Source: an uncultured Candidatus Binatia bacterium (GTDB lineage: Bacteria > Desulfobacterota > Binatia > Bin18). From it: a DNA stretch of 64,000 nt. The notes beneath the pieces were generated by a model, which was not told the origin of the DNA, searched no databases, and saw only the letters and a program-made list of their open reading frames with translations. Made by a program: the position numbers and the translations under genes. The stretch's first letter is position 1. Each line of letters opens with the position of its first letter. Below are positions 37,680 to 47,147 of the stretch, in pieces. The stretch spans positions 256,001 through 320,000 of the forward strand of contig OZ241744.1 in the NCBI GenBank assembly GCA_965200965.1, written 5' to 3'.

Positions 37680-40558
37680 TGAGGGACCCCCGGCAGGGGT
37701 CGCCCAGCCCCGCCTCGCCCCGGCAACGCCACGTCCACCGCCCAGCCCCGGCCCGCCCCAGCAACCTGCCCGGTGCGCAGCCGCGCCAGAGGATAGGAGG
37801 GCAGTTGTACCGTCGCCAGACACTTGTCAGCAAACCGCGCCGCCTGCTGTACATGCGGCATGGCGTGCCGCCACCAGTCGTCAAAACTGAAATCCAGGAC
37901 CGCAAACCCCAAGGACCGCCGCGCAGCGGCCAGCACCCCCCGCTCCCGGGGAAAGACATGCAGGAAGAAGCGCCCTTGCGTGTCCGCCGGCTGACACCCC
38001 GCTTTGACATACGTCAGGGTCCGCCCCTCCAGGTACAGGGCAAAGGCAGAGCGGGCCACCGGCGGGGCCGCCACCACCGCCCGGTATTTCGCCTGAAGCA
38101 GGTCGGTGGCGCGCACGCCAGCAGCCGACCACGCCAGGGCAACGTGCCAGCGATCCACACCCCCGGGGGTGATCAGGCGGGCTTCAAGCGTTTGGATCGC
38201 ATAGGGGGGCAGCGGGTGCCGGAGCAGACACGTCCCGTCAACGCGGACCCCGTAATCGAAAAAGTCGAAATGCAGGATCTCACGGCTTGGCCCCGGCCGC
38301 CACGCAGGGCGGTCGGCAGCGGCAGCGGGGTCCACGGGCACGACATAGACCACGAAGCGCCCCCGCACATCGGCCGGACGACAGGGGGCCTTCACCCAGC
38401 TCAAGGTGTCCCCGTCCCGGTACAGGTCAAACGCCGAGCGGAGCAGGGGCCGCCCGGCGGTGGTGGCCCGGTAGAGTTGCCGGTAGCGCTCGACGGTGGC
38501 CGCGTCCACCGGGTCAAGCACGCGCTCGGTCGCAGTCACCCCAGCAGGGCTCCACTCAATGTCGACGTGCCAGTCAATGTCGACGTGCCAGCGATCCATT
38601 CTCGCTTCCTCGGGGGTGATCAGGCGGACTTCAAGGGTTTGGATTGGATAGGGGGGCAGCGGGTACCGGATCAGGCACACCCCGTCAAGGCGGACCCCGT
38701 AATCGAAAAAGTTGAAATACAGGACCTCAGCGGCAGCGGGGTCCACGGGCACGACCTCGACCGCGAAGCGCCCCCGCATATCGGCTGGCCGGCAGGGGGC
38801 CTTCACCCAGCTCAAGGTGGCCCCCTCCAGGTACAGGTCAAACTCTGAGCGGAGCAGGGGCGGCCCGGCGGTGGTGGCCCGGTAGAGTTGCCGGTAACGC
38901 TCGGCGGTGGCCCCGTCCACCACGGTCGGGTCGATCGCGCTCACCGTGAAGACGGTGTTGTTGTAGACTTGGCGGGTGTAGACAACGGGTGCGAAGGGGC
39001 GATCACGGCTCTTGTCCCGCGTGCGGAAACTGCGGTCGGTCGCATAAAAGTCTCCCTCCTCCTCCTCCACTCCGTCGGCAAGGATGATGCGACGCCGGGC
39101 TGCCTTGGGCAGGATAGCCCGGTTCATGGTGTAGGCATGGATGTCGCTATAGTCCGGCACTAGAGAGATGGGTGAGGCGGGATAGCGCTGGAGCAGATAT
39201 TCCAGCCCCTCCCGGTGTGCCGTCCCCCAGGAGTACAAGCCATACTGCTCACGCAGATACTCGGGCGTATTCCGGTCCACCAGCCGGTTGAAATAGAGGT
39301 GCTGGTAGGGATGAAGCCCCACCATTTCGATGACCACACCGGCCAGGCCAGCCACGGCCAAGCCATAGACACCGGCCCGCAGGGCGGGCCAGCGGCACAC
39401 GCCAGCCAGCCGCCGCAGACCGGCCACGGCCAGCAGACACAGCGGGGCGTAGAGGAAATACATCTGCCGCCAGCCATTGTAGACATTGGCATTGAGGACG
39501 ATGACGGCCCCAACGGGCAGGAGCACACAGGCCACGAGCAGGCCCTCAAAGCGGGTGGTGGGGTTGCGGAGCAACTCGCCGGGGTGGGTCAGAGTCTGCC
39601 AGAGCACGCCAGCCGCCCCGATGAGGCTCAGCAGCAACACGCCCGGCGGGGTGGTGATGGCCAGCCAGGTCGGAATGTAGTGCGCCGGAATGGCCGGCCA
39701 GCGGATGACTTCGCCTTGAAAGAGCATAGTAGGACGGGTAGGGTGCTGGCCGAGGACTGCAATCGCGTCAAGCAGTTCCAAGGGATTGCCCCACAGATAG
39801 GGCGAGACCGCATACAGCGTCAAGACACTGGCCAGCCCGAACACCCCCAGCGTCCTCCCCACCTGCCGCCGTTCCACCCGACTCCCCGCTCGCACCCAAT
39901 CCACCACCCGCATCACCACCACCGCCACAAACAATCCCCCACCCATGATGCGTAAGTTCGTTGCGACCCCCACCCCCACCCCACACAGCGCATACGCCCC
40001 CACCCCCCCCCGCTGCCACGCCCGGTGAATCAGGGCCAGACAGCCCAGGAAGGCCACCAGGAAGGGAATGTCCTTGGCGTTGAAAAACGAGTGGGCATAC
40101 AGCCGGGGATGGAGCACGAAGAGGCCGAGGGCCAGCAGGGCCAGCCAGCGGCTGCCGAACAGCCGGGAGGCCAGCCAGGCCGCGCCCCCGCCGCCGGCCA
40201 GAAAGCAGAGGTGGGTGAGCAGATGGCGGCTCAAGTAGATGGCGCGGCTGTCGGTGAGACCCAGCAGCCGCTCAACCAGCACCAGCGGTACTTCGAAGAC
40301 AACGCCGTAGTAGCGGTTGTGGGGGGCACCGGGGGGGCGCAGGGTCTCGGTGTCGCCCAGCGCATAGGCGATTGCCGCCTGGCCGCGCCCGCGTTGCAAC
40401 TCCTCGTCCACCCCCACTCCGTAATCGTCAAGGACGGCCAGGCCCACCACGGCCAGGACCGCCAGGGCCAGCAGGACACTGTGGGCGGTCACGAAAGCCA
40501 CCGCCGCCGTGCCCCAGCCGGCCACGGACCGGGGAACGGAGGGACGCCCGCTGGTCAT
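37676..40558 (-). CDS. GT-C glycosyltransferase, copy 10, 3 C-terminal domains
   Basis: Paralogue with DDYGVGVDEELQ and three RSxFxLY...C...GRF...C modules. Confidence 0.85.
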   Translation of the reverse strand: MTSGRPSVPRSVAGWGTAAVAFVTAHSVLLALAVLAVVGLAVLDDYGVGVDEELQRGRGQAAIAYALGDTETLRPPGAPHNRYYGVVFEVPLVLVERLLGLTDSRAIYLSRHLLTHLCFLAGGGGAAWLASRLFGSRWLALLALGLFVLHPRLYAHSFFNAKDIPFLVAFLGCLALIHRAWQRGGVGAYALCGVGVGVATNLRIMGGGLFVAVVVMRVVDWVRAGSRVERRQVGRTLGVFGLASVLTLYAVSPYLWGNPLELLDAIAVLGQHPTRPTMLFQGEVIRWPAIPAHYIPTWLAITTPPGVLLLSLIGAAGVLWQTLTHPGELLRNPTTRFEGLLVACVLLPVGAVIVLNANVYNGWRQMYFLYAPLCLLAVAGLRRLAGVCRWPALRAGVYGLAVAGLAGVVIEMVGLHPYQHLYFNRLVDRNTPEYLREQYGLYSWGTAHREGLEYLLQRYPASPISLVPDYSDIHAYTMNRAILPKAARRRIILADGVEEEEGDFYATDRSFRTRDKSRDRPFAPVVYTRQVYNNTVFTVSAIDPTVVDGATAERYRQLYRATTAGPPLLRSEFDLYLEGATLSWVKAPCRPADMRGRFAVEVVPVDPAAAEVLYFNFFDYGVRLDGVCLIRYPLPPYPIQTLEVRLITPEEARMDRWHVDIDWHVDIEWSPAGVTATERVLDPVDAATVERYRQLYRATTAGRPLLRSAFDLYRDGDTLSWVKAPCRPADVRGRFVVYVVPVDPAAAADRPAWRPGPSREILHFDFFDYGVRVDGTCLLRHPLPPYAIQTLEARLITPGGVDRWHVALAWSAAGVRATDLLQAKYRAVVAAPPVARSAFALYLEGRTLTYVKAGCQPADTQGRFFLHVFPRERGVLAAARRSLGFAVLDFSFDDWWRHAMPHVQQAARFADKCLATVQLPSYPLARLRTGQVAGAGRGWAVDVALPGRGGAGRPLPGVPQ

Positions 40559-43500
40559 TGAGAGACTCCCGGCAGGGGCCGCCCAGCCCCGCCTCGCTCC
40601 GGCAACGCCACGTCCACCGCCCAGCCCCCGCCCGCCTCAGCGACCTGCCCGGTGCGCAGCCGTGCCAGAGGATAGGCCGGCAGCCGCACCGTCGCCAGAC
40701 ACTTGTCAGCAAACCGCGCCGCCTGCTGTACATGCGGCATGGCGTGCCACCACCAGTCGTCAAAACTGAAATCCAGGACCGCAAACCCGGCTGGCCGCCG
40801 CGCAGCGGCCAGCACCGCCCGGTCCCGGGGGAAGACCTCCAGGAAGAAGAGCCCTTGCGTGTCCGCCCGCTGACACCCCGCTTTGACATACGTCAGGGTC
40901 CGCCCCTCCAGGTAGAGGGCAAAGGCAGAGCGGGCCACCGGCGGGGCCGCCACCACCGCCCGGTACCGCGCCTCAAGCAGGTCGGTCGTGCGCACGCCAG
41001 CAGCCGACCACGCCAGGGCAACGTGCCAGCGATCCACGCCCTCGAGGGTGATCAGGCGGGCTTCAAGCGTTTGGATCGCATACGGGGGCAGCGGATGCCG
41101 GAGCAGACACGTCCCGTCAAGGGAGGCCCCGTAATCGGCAAAGCGGAAGGGCAGGATCTCACGGCCTGCCCCCGGCCGCCACCGGGGGCGACCGGCAGCA
41201 GCAGCGGGGTCCACGGGCACCACATAGACCACGAAGCGCCCCCGCACATCGGCCAAGTGACAGGGGGCCTTCACCCAACTCAAGGTGTCCCCGTCCCGGT
41301 ACAGGTCAAACGCCGAGCGGAGCAGGGGCCGCCCGGCGGTGGTGGCCCGGTAGAGTTGCCGGTAGCGCTCGGCGGTGGCCGCCACCACCGGGTTAAGCAC
41401 GCGCTCGGTCGCAGTCACACCAGCAGGGGTCCACTCAATGTGCCACTCAGTGTCGACGTGCCAGCGATCCACTCTCGCTTCCCTGGGGGTGATCAAGCGG
41501 ACTTCAAGGGTTTGGATCGCATAGGGGGGCAGCGGGTGCCGGATCAGACACGTCCCGTCAAAGTAGGCCCCGTAATCGGAGAAGTCGAAATGCAGGATCT
41601 CACGGCCTGCCCCCGGCCGCCACCCGGGGCGGCCGGCAGCGGCAGCAGGGTCCACGGGTATGACATCGACCGCGAAGCGCCCCTGCACATCGGCCGGCCG
41701 GCAGGGGGCCTTCACCCAACTCAAGGTGGCCCCCTCCAGGTACAGGTCAAACGCCGAGCGGAGCAGGGGCCGCCCGGCGGTGGTGGCCCGGTAGAGTTGC
41801 CGGTAGCGCTCGGCGGTGGCCGCCACCACCGGGTTAAGCACGCGCTCGGTCGCAGTCACCCCAGCAGGGGTCCACTCAATGGCGACGTGCAGATGCTCTA
41901 TGTCCCCGGGGGCGATCATGCGGACTTCAAGGGTTTGGATCGCATAGGGGGGCAGCGGGGGCCGGAGCAGACACGCCCCGTCAACGCGGACCCCGTAATC
42001 GAAAAAGTCGAAATGCAGGACCTCACGGCCTGCCCCCGGCCGCCACCAGGGGCGGCCGGCAGCAGCAGCGGGGTCCACGGGTATGACATCGACCACGAAG
42101 CGCCCCCGCATATCGGCCGGGTGACAGGGGGCCTTCACCCAGGTCAGGGTGGCCCCGTCCAGGTACAGGTCAAACGCCGAGCGGAGCAGGGGCCGCCCGG
42201 CGGTGGTGGCTTGGTAGAGTTGCCGGTAGCGCTCGGCGGTGGCCGCATCCACCACGGTCGGGTCGATCGCGCTCACCGTGAAGATGGTGTTGTTGTAGAC
42301 TTGGCGGGTGTAGACAACGGGTGCGAAGGGGAGATTACGGCTCTTGTCCCGCGGGCTGGACATGTGAAAGTCCACTTCCTCCCCTATTCCGTCAGCGAAG
42401 ACAATGCGACGCCGGTCCGCCTTGGGCAGGATAGCCCAGTTCACGGAATACTCCGCTAGAGAGATGGGTGAGGCGGGATAGTGCTGGAACAGATATTCCA
42501 GCCCCTCCCGGTACGCCGTCCACCAGTAGTCCATGCTGTACTGCCCACGCAGGTACTCGGGCGTATTCCGGTCCACCAGCCGGTTGAAATAGAGGTGCTG
42601 GTAGGGATGAAGCCCCACCATTTCGATGACCAGGCCAGCCAGGCCAGCCACGGCCAGGCCATGGACACCGGCCCGCAGGGCGGGCCAGCGGCACATGCCA
42701 GCCAGCCGCCGCAGACCAGCCACGGCCAGCAGACACAGCGGGGCGTAGAGGAAATACATCTGCCGCCAACCGTTGTAGACGCTGGCATTGAGGACGATGA
42801 CAGCCCCAACGGGCAGGAGCACGCAGGCCACGAGCAGCCCCTCAAAGCGGGTGGTGGGGTTGCGGAGCCACTCGCCGGGGTGGGTCAGAGTCTGCCAGAG
42901 CACACCAGCCGTCCCGATGAGGCTCAGCAGCAGCACGCCCGGCGGGGTGGTGATGGCCAGCCAGGTCGGAATGTAGTGCGCCGGAAGGTCCGGCCAGCGG
43001 ATTGCCTCGCCTTGAAAGAGCATAGTAGGACGGTGAGAGTGCTGGGAGAGAACTGCAATCGCGTCAAGCAACTCCAAGGGATTGCCCCACAGATGGGGCG
43101 AGACCGCATACAGCGTCAAGACACTGGCCAGCCCGAACACCCCCAGCGTCCTCCCCACCTGCCGCCGTTCCGCCCGATTTCCCGCTCGCACCCAATCCAC
43201 CACCCGCATCACCACCACCGCCACAAACAATCCCCCGCCCATGATGCGTAAGTTCGTTGCGACCCCCACCCCCACCCCACACAGCGCATACGCCCCCACC
43301 CCCCCCCGCTGCCACGCCCGGTGAATCAGGGCCAGACAGCCCAGGAAGGCGACCAGGAAGGGGATGTCCTTGGCGTTGAAAAACGAGTGGGCATACAGCC
43401 GGGGATGGAGGACGAAGAGGCCGAGGGCCAGCAGGGCCAGCCAGCGGCTGCCGAACAGCCGGGAGGCCAGCCAGGCCGCACCCCCGCCGCCCGCCAGAAA

Positions 43501-43854
43501 GCACAGGTGGGTGAGCAGATGGCGGCTCAAGTAGATGGCGCGGCTGTCGGTGAGACCCAGCAGCCGCTCAACCAGCACCAGCGGCACTTCGAAGACAACG
43601 CCGTAGTAGCGGTTGTGGGGGGGACCGGGGGGGCGCAGGGTCTCGGTCTCGCCCAGCGCATAGGCGATTGCCGCTTGGCCGCGCCCGTGTTGCAGACCCT
43701 CGTCCACCCCCACCGCGTAATCGTCAAGGACGGCCAAGCCCACCACGGCCAGGACGGCCAGGGCCAGCAGGACACTGTAGGCGGCCACGAAAGCCACCGC
43801 CGCCGTGCCCCAGCCGGCCACGGACCGGGGAACGGAGGGACGCCCGCTGGTCAT
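40555..43854 (-). CDS. GT-C glycosyltransferase, copy 11, 4 C-terminal domains
   Basis: Paralogue with DDYAVGVDEGLQ and four modules. Start set at MTSGRP (43854) rather than 43998. Confidence 0.85.
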   Translation of the reverse strand: MTSGRPSVPRSVAGWGTAAVAFVAAYSVLLALAVLAVVGLAVLDDYAVGVDEGLQHGRGQAAIAYALGETETLRPPGPPHNRYYGVVFEVPLVLVERLLGLTDSRAIYLSRHLLTHLCFLAGGGGAAWLASRLFGSRWLALLALGLFVLHPRLYAHSFFNAKDIPFLVAFLGCLALIHRAWQRGGVGAYALCGVGVGVATNLRIMGGGLFVAVVVMRVVDWVRAGNRAERRQVGRTLGVFGLASVLTLYAVSPHLWGNPLELLDAIAVLSQHSHRPTMLFQGEAIRWPDLPAHYIPTWLAITTPPGVLLLSLIGTAGVLWQTLTHPGEWLRNPTTRFEGLLVACVLLPVGAVIVLNASVYNGWRQMYFLYAPLCLLAVAGLRRLAGMCRWPALRAGVHGLAVAGLAGLVIEMVGLHPYQHLYFNRLVDRNTPEYLRGQYSMDYWWTAYREGLEYLFQHYPASPISLAEYSVNWAILPKADRRRIVFADGIGEEVDFHMSSPRDKSRNLPFAPVVYTRQVYNNTIFTVSAIDPTVVDAATAERYRQLYQATTAGRPLLRSAFDLYLDGATLTWVKAPCHPADMRGRFVVDVIPVDPAAAAGRPWWRPGAGREVLHFDFFDYGVRVDGACLLRPPLPPYAIQTLEVRMIAPGDIEHLHVAIEWTPAGVTATERVLNPVVAATAERYRQLYRATTAGRPLLRSAFDLYLEGATLSWVKAPCRPADVQGRFAVDVIPVDPAAAAGRPGWRPGAGREILHFDFSDYGAYFDGTCLIRHPLPPYAIQTLEVRLITPREARVDRWHVDTEWHIEWTPAGVTATERVLNPVVAATAERYRQLYRATTAGRPLLRSAFDLYRDGDTLSWVKAPCHLADVRGRFVVYVVPVDPAAAAGRPRWRPGAGREILPFRFADYGASLDGTCLLRHPLPPYAIQTLEARLITLEGVDRWHVALAWSAAGVRTTDLLEARYRAVVAAPPVARSAFALYLEGRTLTYVKAGCQRADTQGLFFLEVFPRDRAVLAAARRPAGFAVLDFSFDDWWWHAMPHVQQAARFADKCLATVRLPAYPLARLRTGQVAEAGGGWAVDVALPERGGAGRPLPGVSQ

Positions 43855-46800
43855 TGAGGGACTCCCGGCAGGGGCCGCCCCGCCCCGCCTCGCTCCGGCA
43901 ACGCCACGTCCACCGCCCAGCCCCCGCCCGCCCCAGCGACCTGCCCGGTGCGCAGCCGCGCCAGAGGATAGGCGGGCAGCCGTACCGTCGCCAGACACTT
44001 GTCAGCAAACCGCGCCGTCTGCTGCACATGCGGCAGGCGGTGCCGCCACCAGTCGTCAAAACTGAAATCCAGGACCGCAAACCCCAAGGACCGCCGCGCA
44101 GCGGCCAGCACCCCCCGGTCCCGGGGAAAGACCTCCAGGAAGAAGCGCCCCCGCGTGTCCGCCCGCTGACACCCCGCTTTGACATACGTCAGGGTCCGCC
44201 CCTCCAGGTACAGGGCAAAGGCAGAGCGGGCCACCGGCGGGGCCGCCACCACCGCCCGGTATCGCGCCTCAAGCAGGTCGGTCGCACGCACGCCAGCAGC
44301 CGACCACGCCAGGGCAACGTGCCAGCGATCCACGCCCCCGGGGGTGATCACACGGGCTTCAAGCGTTTGGATCGCATAGGGGGGCAGCGGATGCCGGATC
44401 AGACACGCCCCGTCAAGGTGGACCCCGTAATCGGCAAAGCGGAAGGGCAGGATCTCACGGCCTGCCCCCGGCCGCCACCGGGGGCGACCGGCAGCAGCAG
44501 CGGGGTCCACGGGCACCACATAGACCACGAAGCGCTCCAGCACATCGGCCGGCCGGCAGGGGGCCTTCACCCAGCTCAAGGTGGCCCCCTCCCGGTACAG
44601 GTCGAACTCTGAGCGGAGCAGGGGCGGCCCCGCGGTGGTGGCCCGGTAGAGTTGCCGGTAGCGCTCGGCGGTGGCCGCTACCACCGGGTTAAGCACGCGC
44701 TCGGTCGCGGTCACGCCAGCAGCCGACCACGCCAGGGCAACGTGCCAGCGATCCACGCCCCCGGGGGTGATCAGGCGGGCTTCCAGGGTTTGGATCGCAT
44801 AGGGGGGCAACGGATACCGGAGCAGACACGTCCCGTCAAGGGAGGCCCCGTAATCGGAAAAGCGGAAGGGCAGGATCTCACGGCCTGCCCCCGGCTGCCG
44901 CTGCCACCCGGGGCGGCCGGCAGTGGCAGCCGGGTCCACGGGTACCACATAGACCACGAAGCGCCCCTGCACATCCTCCGGCCGACAGGGGGCCTTCACC
45001 CAGCTCAAGGTGGCCCCCTCCAGGTACAAGTCAAACGCCGAGCGGAGCAGGGGCGGCCCCGCGGTGGTGGCCCGGTAGAGTTGCCGGTAGCGCTCGACGG
45101 TGGCCGCGTCCACCGGGTCAGGCACGCGCTCGGTCACAGTCACCCCAGCAGGGGTCCACTCAATGTCGACGTGCAGGCGCTCTATGTCCCCGGGGGCGAC
45201 CAGGCGGACTTCAAGGGACCGGATCGGATAGGAGGGCAGCGGGTGCCGGAGCAGACACGCCCCGTCAACGCGGACCCCGTAATCGAAAAAGTCGAAATGC
45301 AGGACCTCAGCGGCAGCGGAGTCCACAGGCACGACCTCGACCACGAAGCGCCCCCACATATCGTCTGGCCGGCAGGGGGCCTTCAGCCAACTCAAAGTGG
45401 CCCCGTCCAGGTACAGGTCAAACACCGAGCGGAGCAGGGGCGGCCCGGCGGTGGTAGCCCGGTAGAGTTGCCGGTAACGCTCGGCGGTGGCCGCATCCAC
45501 CAGGGCCGGGTCGATCGCGCTCACCGTGAAGATGGTGGTGTTGTAGACTTGGCGGGTGTAGACAACGGGTGCGAAGGAACCGTCCCTGTGAGAGGTCACA
45601 TAAAAGTCCCCCTCCTCCTCCACTCCGTCGGCAAAGATGATGCGACGCCGGGCCGCCGTGGGCAGGATAGCCCGGTTCCTGGAATGCCTCACTAGAGAGA
45701 TGGGTGAGGCGGGATAGCGCTGAAGCAGATATTCCAGCCCCTTCCGGTCCGCCGTCCCTATATCCTCCGTGCCATACTGCCTACGCAGGTACTCGGGCGT
45801 ATTCCGGTCCACCAGCCAGTTGACATAGAGGTGCTGGTAGGGATGAAGCCCAACCATTTCGATGACCACGCCAGCCAGGCCAGCCACGGCCAAGCCATGG
45901 ACACCGACCCGCAGGGCGGGCCAGCGGCACACGCCGGCCAGCCGCCGCAGACCAGCCACGGCCAGCAGACACAGCGGGGCGTAGAGGAAATACATGTGCC
46001 GCCAGCCGCCGTGGATGTTGGCATTGAGGACGATGACGGCCCCAACGGGCAGGAGCACACAGGCCACGAGCAGCCCCTCAAAGCGGGTGGTGGGGTTGCG
46101 GAGCAACTCGCCGGGGTGGGTCAGCCCCCGCCGGAGTACGCCAGCCGCCCCGATGAGGCTCAGCAGCAGCACGCCCGGCGGGGTGGTGATGGCCAGCCAG
46201 GTCGGAATGTAGTGGGCCGGAATGGCCGGCCAGCGGATGACTTCGCCTTGAAAGAGTACAGGAGGACGGGTGGGGTGCTGGGAGAGGACTGCAATCGCGT
46301 CAAGCAACTCCAGGGGATTGCCCCACAGATAGGGCGAGACCGCATACAGCGTCAAGACACTGGCCAGCCCGAACACCCCCAGTGTCCTCCCCACCTGCCG
46401 CCGTTCCGCCCGATTTCCCGCTCGCACCCAATCCACCACCCGCATCACCATCACCGCCACAAACAATCCCCCACCCATGATGCGTAAGTTCGTTGCGACC
46501 CCCACCCCCACCCCACACAGCGCATACGCCCCCACCCCCCCCCGCTGCCACGCCCGGTGAATCAGGGCCAGACAGCCCAGGAAGGCCACCAGGAAGGGGA
46601 TGTCCTTGGTGTTGAAAAACGAGTGGGCATACAGCCGGGGATGGAGCACGAAGAGGCCGAGGGCCAGCAGGGCCAGCCAGCGGCTGCCGAACAGCCGGGC
46701 GGCCAGCCAGGCCGCGCCCCCGCCGCCCGCCAGAAAGCAGAGGTGGGTGAGCAGATGGCGGCTCAAGTAGATGGCGCGGCTGTCGGTGAGACCCAGCAGC

Positions 46801-47147
46801 CGCTCAACCAGGACCAGCGGCACTTCGAAGACGACACCGTAGTAGCGGTTGTGGGGGGGATCGGGGGGGCGCAGGGTCTCGGTGTCGCCCAGCGCATAGG
46901 CGATTGCCGCTTGGCCGATCCCATGTTGCTGATCCTCGTCCCGCCCCACCCCGTAATCGTCAAGGACGGCCAGACCTACCACGGCCAGCACCGCCAGGGC
47001 CAGCAGGACACTGTGGCGGGCCACGAAGGCCACCGCCGCCGTGGACCAGCCGGCCACGCCCCGGGGGACAGCGGTCACGATGATTCTGCCCAGGTGGGCG
47101 GCCATGGAGGTGCCGCCAGCCGTGCCCCGAATGTCAGCCGGCCTCAA
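43851..47147 (-). CDS. GT-C glycosyltransferase, copy 12, 4 C-terminal domains
   Basis: Paralogue with DDYGVGRDEDQQ, four modules, type-A N-terminus and type-B C-terminus. Confidence 0.85.
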   Translation of the reverse strand: MRPADIRGTAGGTSMAAHLGRIIVTAVPRGVAGWSTAAVAFVARHSVLLALAVLAVVGLAVLDDYGVGRDEDQQHGIGQAAIAYALGDTETLRPPDPPHNRYYGVVFEVPLVLVERLLGLTDSRAIYLSRHLLTHLCFLAGGGGAAWLAARLFGSRWLALLALGLFVLHPRLYAHSFFNTKDIPFLVAFLGCLALIHRAWQRGGVGAYALCGVGVGVATNLRIMGGGLFVAVMVMRVVDWVRAGNRAERRQVGRTLGVFGLASVLTLYAVSPYLWGNPLELLDAIAVLSQHPTRPPVLFQGEVIRWPAIPAHYIPTWLAITTPPGVLLLSLIGAAGVLRRGLTHPGELLRNPTTRFEGLLVACVLLPVGAVIVLNANIHGGWRHMYFLYAPLCLLAVAGLRRLAGVCRWPALRVGVHGLAVAGLAGVVIEMVGLHPYQHLYVNWLVDRNTPEYLRRQYGTEDIGTADRKGLEYLLQRYPASPISLVRHSRNRAILPTAARRRIIFADGVEEEGDFYVTSHRDGSFAPVVYTRQVYNTTIFTVSAIDPALVDAATAERYRQLYRATTAGPPLLRSVFDLYLDGATLSWLKAPCRPDDMWGRFVVEVVPVDSAAAEVLHFDFFDYGVRVDGACLLRHPLPSYPIRSLEVRLVAPGDIERLHVDIEWTPAGVTVTERVPDPVDAATVERYRQLYRATTAGPPLLRSAFDLYLEGATLSWVKAPCRPEDVQGRFVVYVVPVDPAATAGRPGWQRQPGAGREILPFRFSDYGASLDGTCLLRYPLPPYAIQTLEARLITPGGVDRWHVALAWSAAGVTATERVLNPVVAATAERYRQLYRATTAGPPLLRSEFDLYREGATLSWVKAPCRPADVLERFVVYVVPVDPAAAAGRPRWRPGAGREILPFRFADYGVHLDGACLIRHPLPPYAIQTLEARVITPGGVDRWHVALAWSAAGVRATDLLEARYRAVVAAPPVARSAFALYLEGRTLTYVKAGCQRADTRGRFFLEVFPRDRGVLAAARRSLGFAVLDFSFDDWWRHRLPHVQQTARFADKCLATVRLPAYPLARLRTGQVAGAGGGWAVDVALPERGGAGRPLPGVPQ

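Noticed and set aside
37680-37823. N-terminal extensions of copies 9 (to 37823) and 11 (to 43998)
   Set aside because: They overlap the upstream gene's C-terminus in another frame; sibling genes start at MTSGRP with an ATGA overlap.
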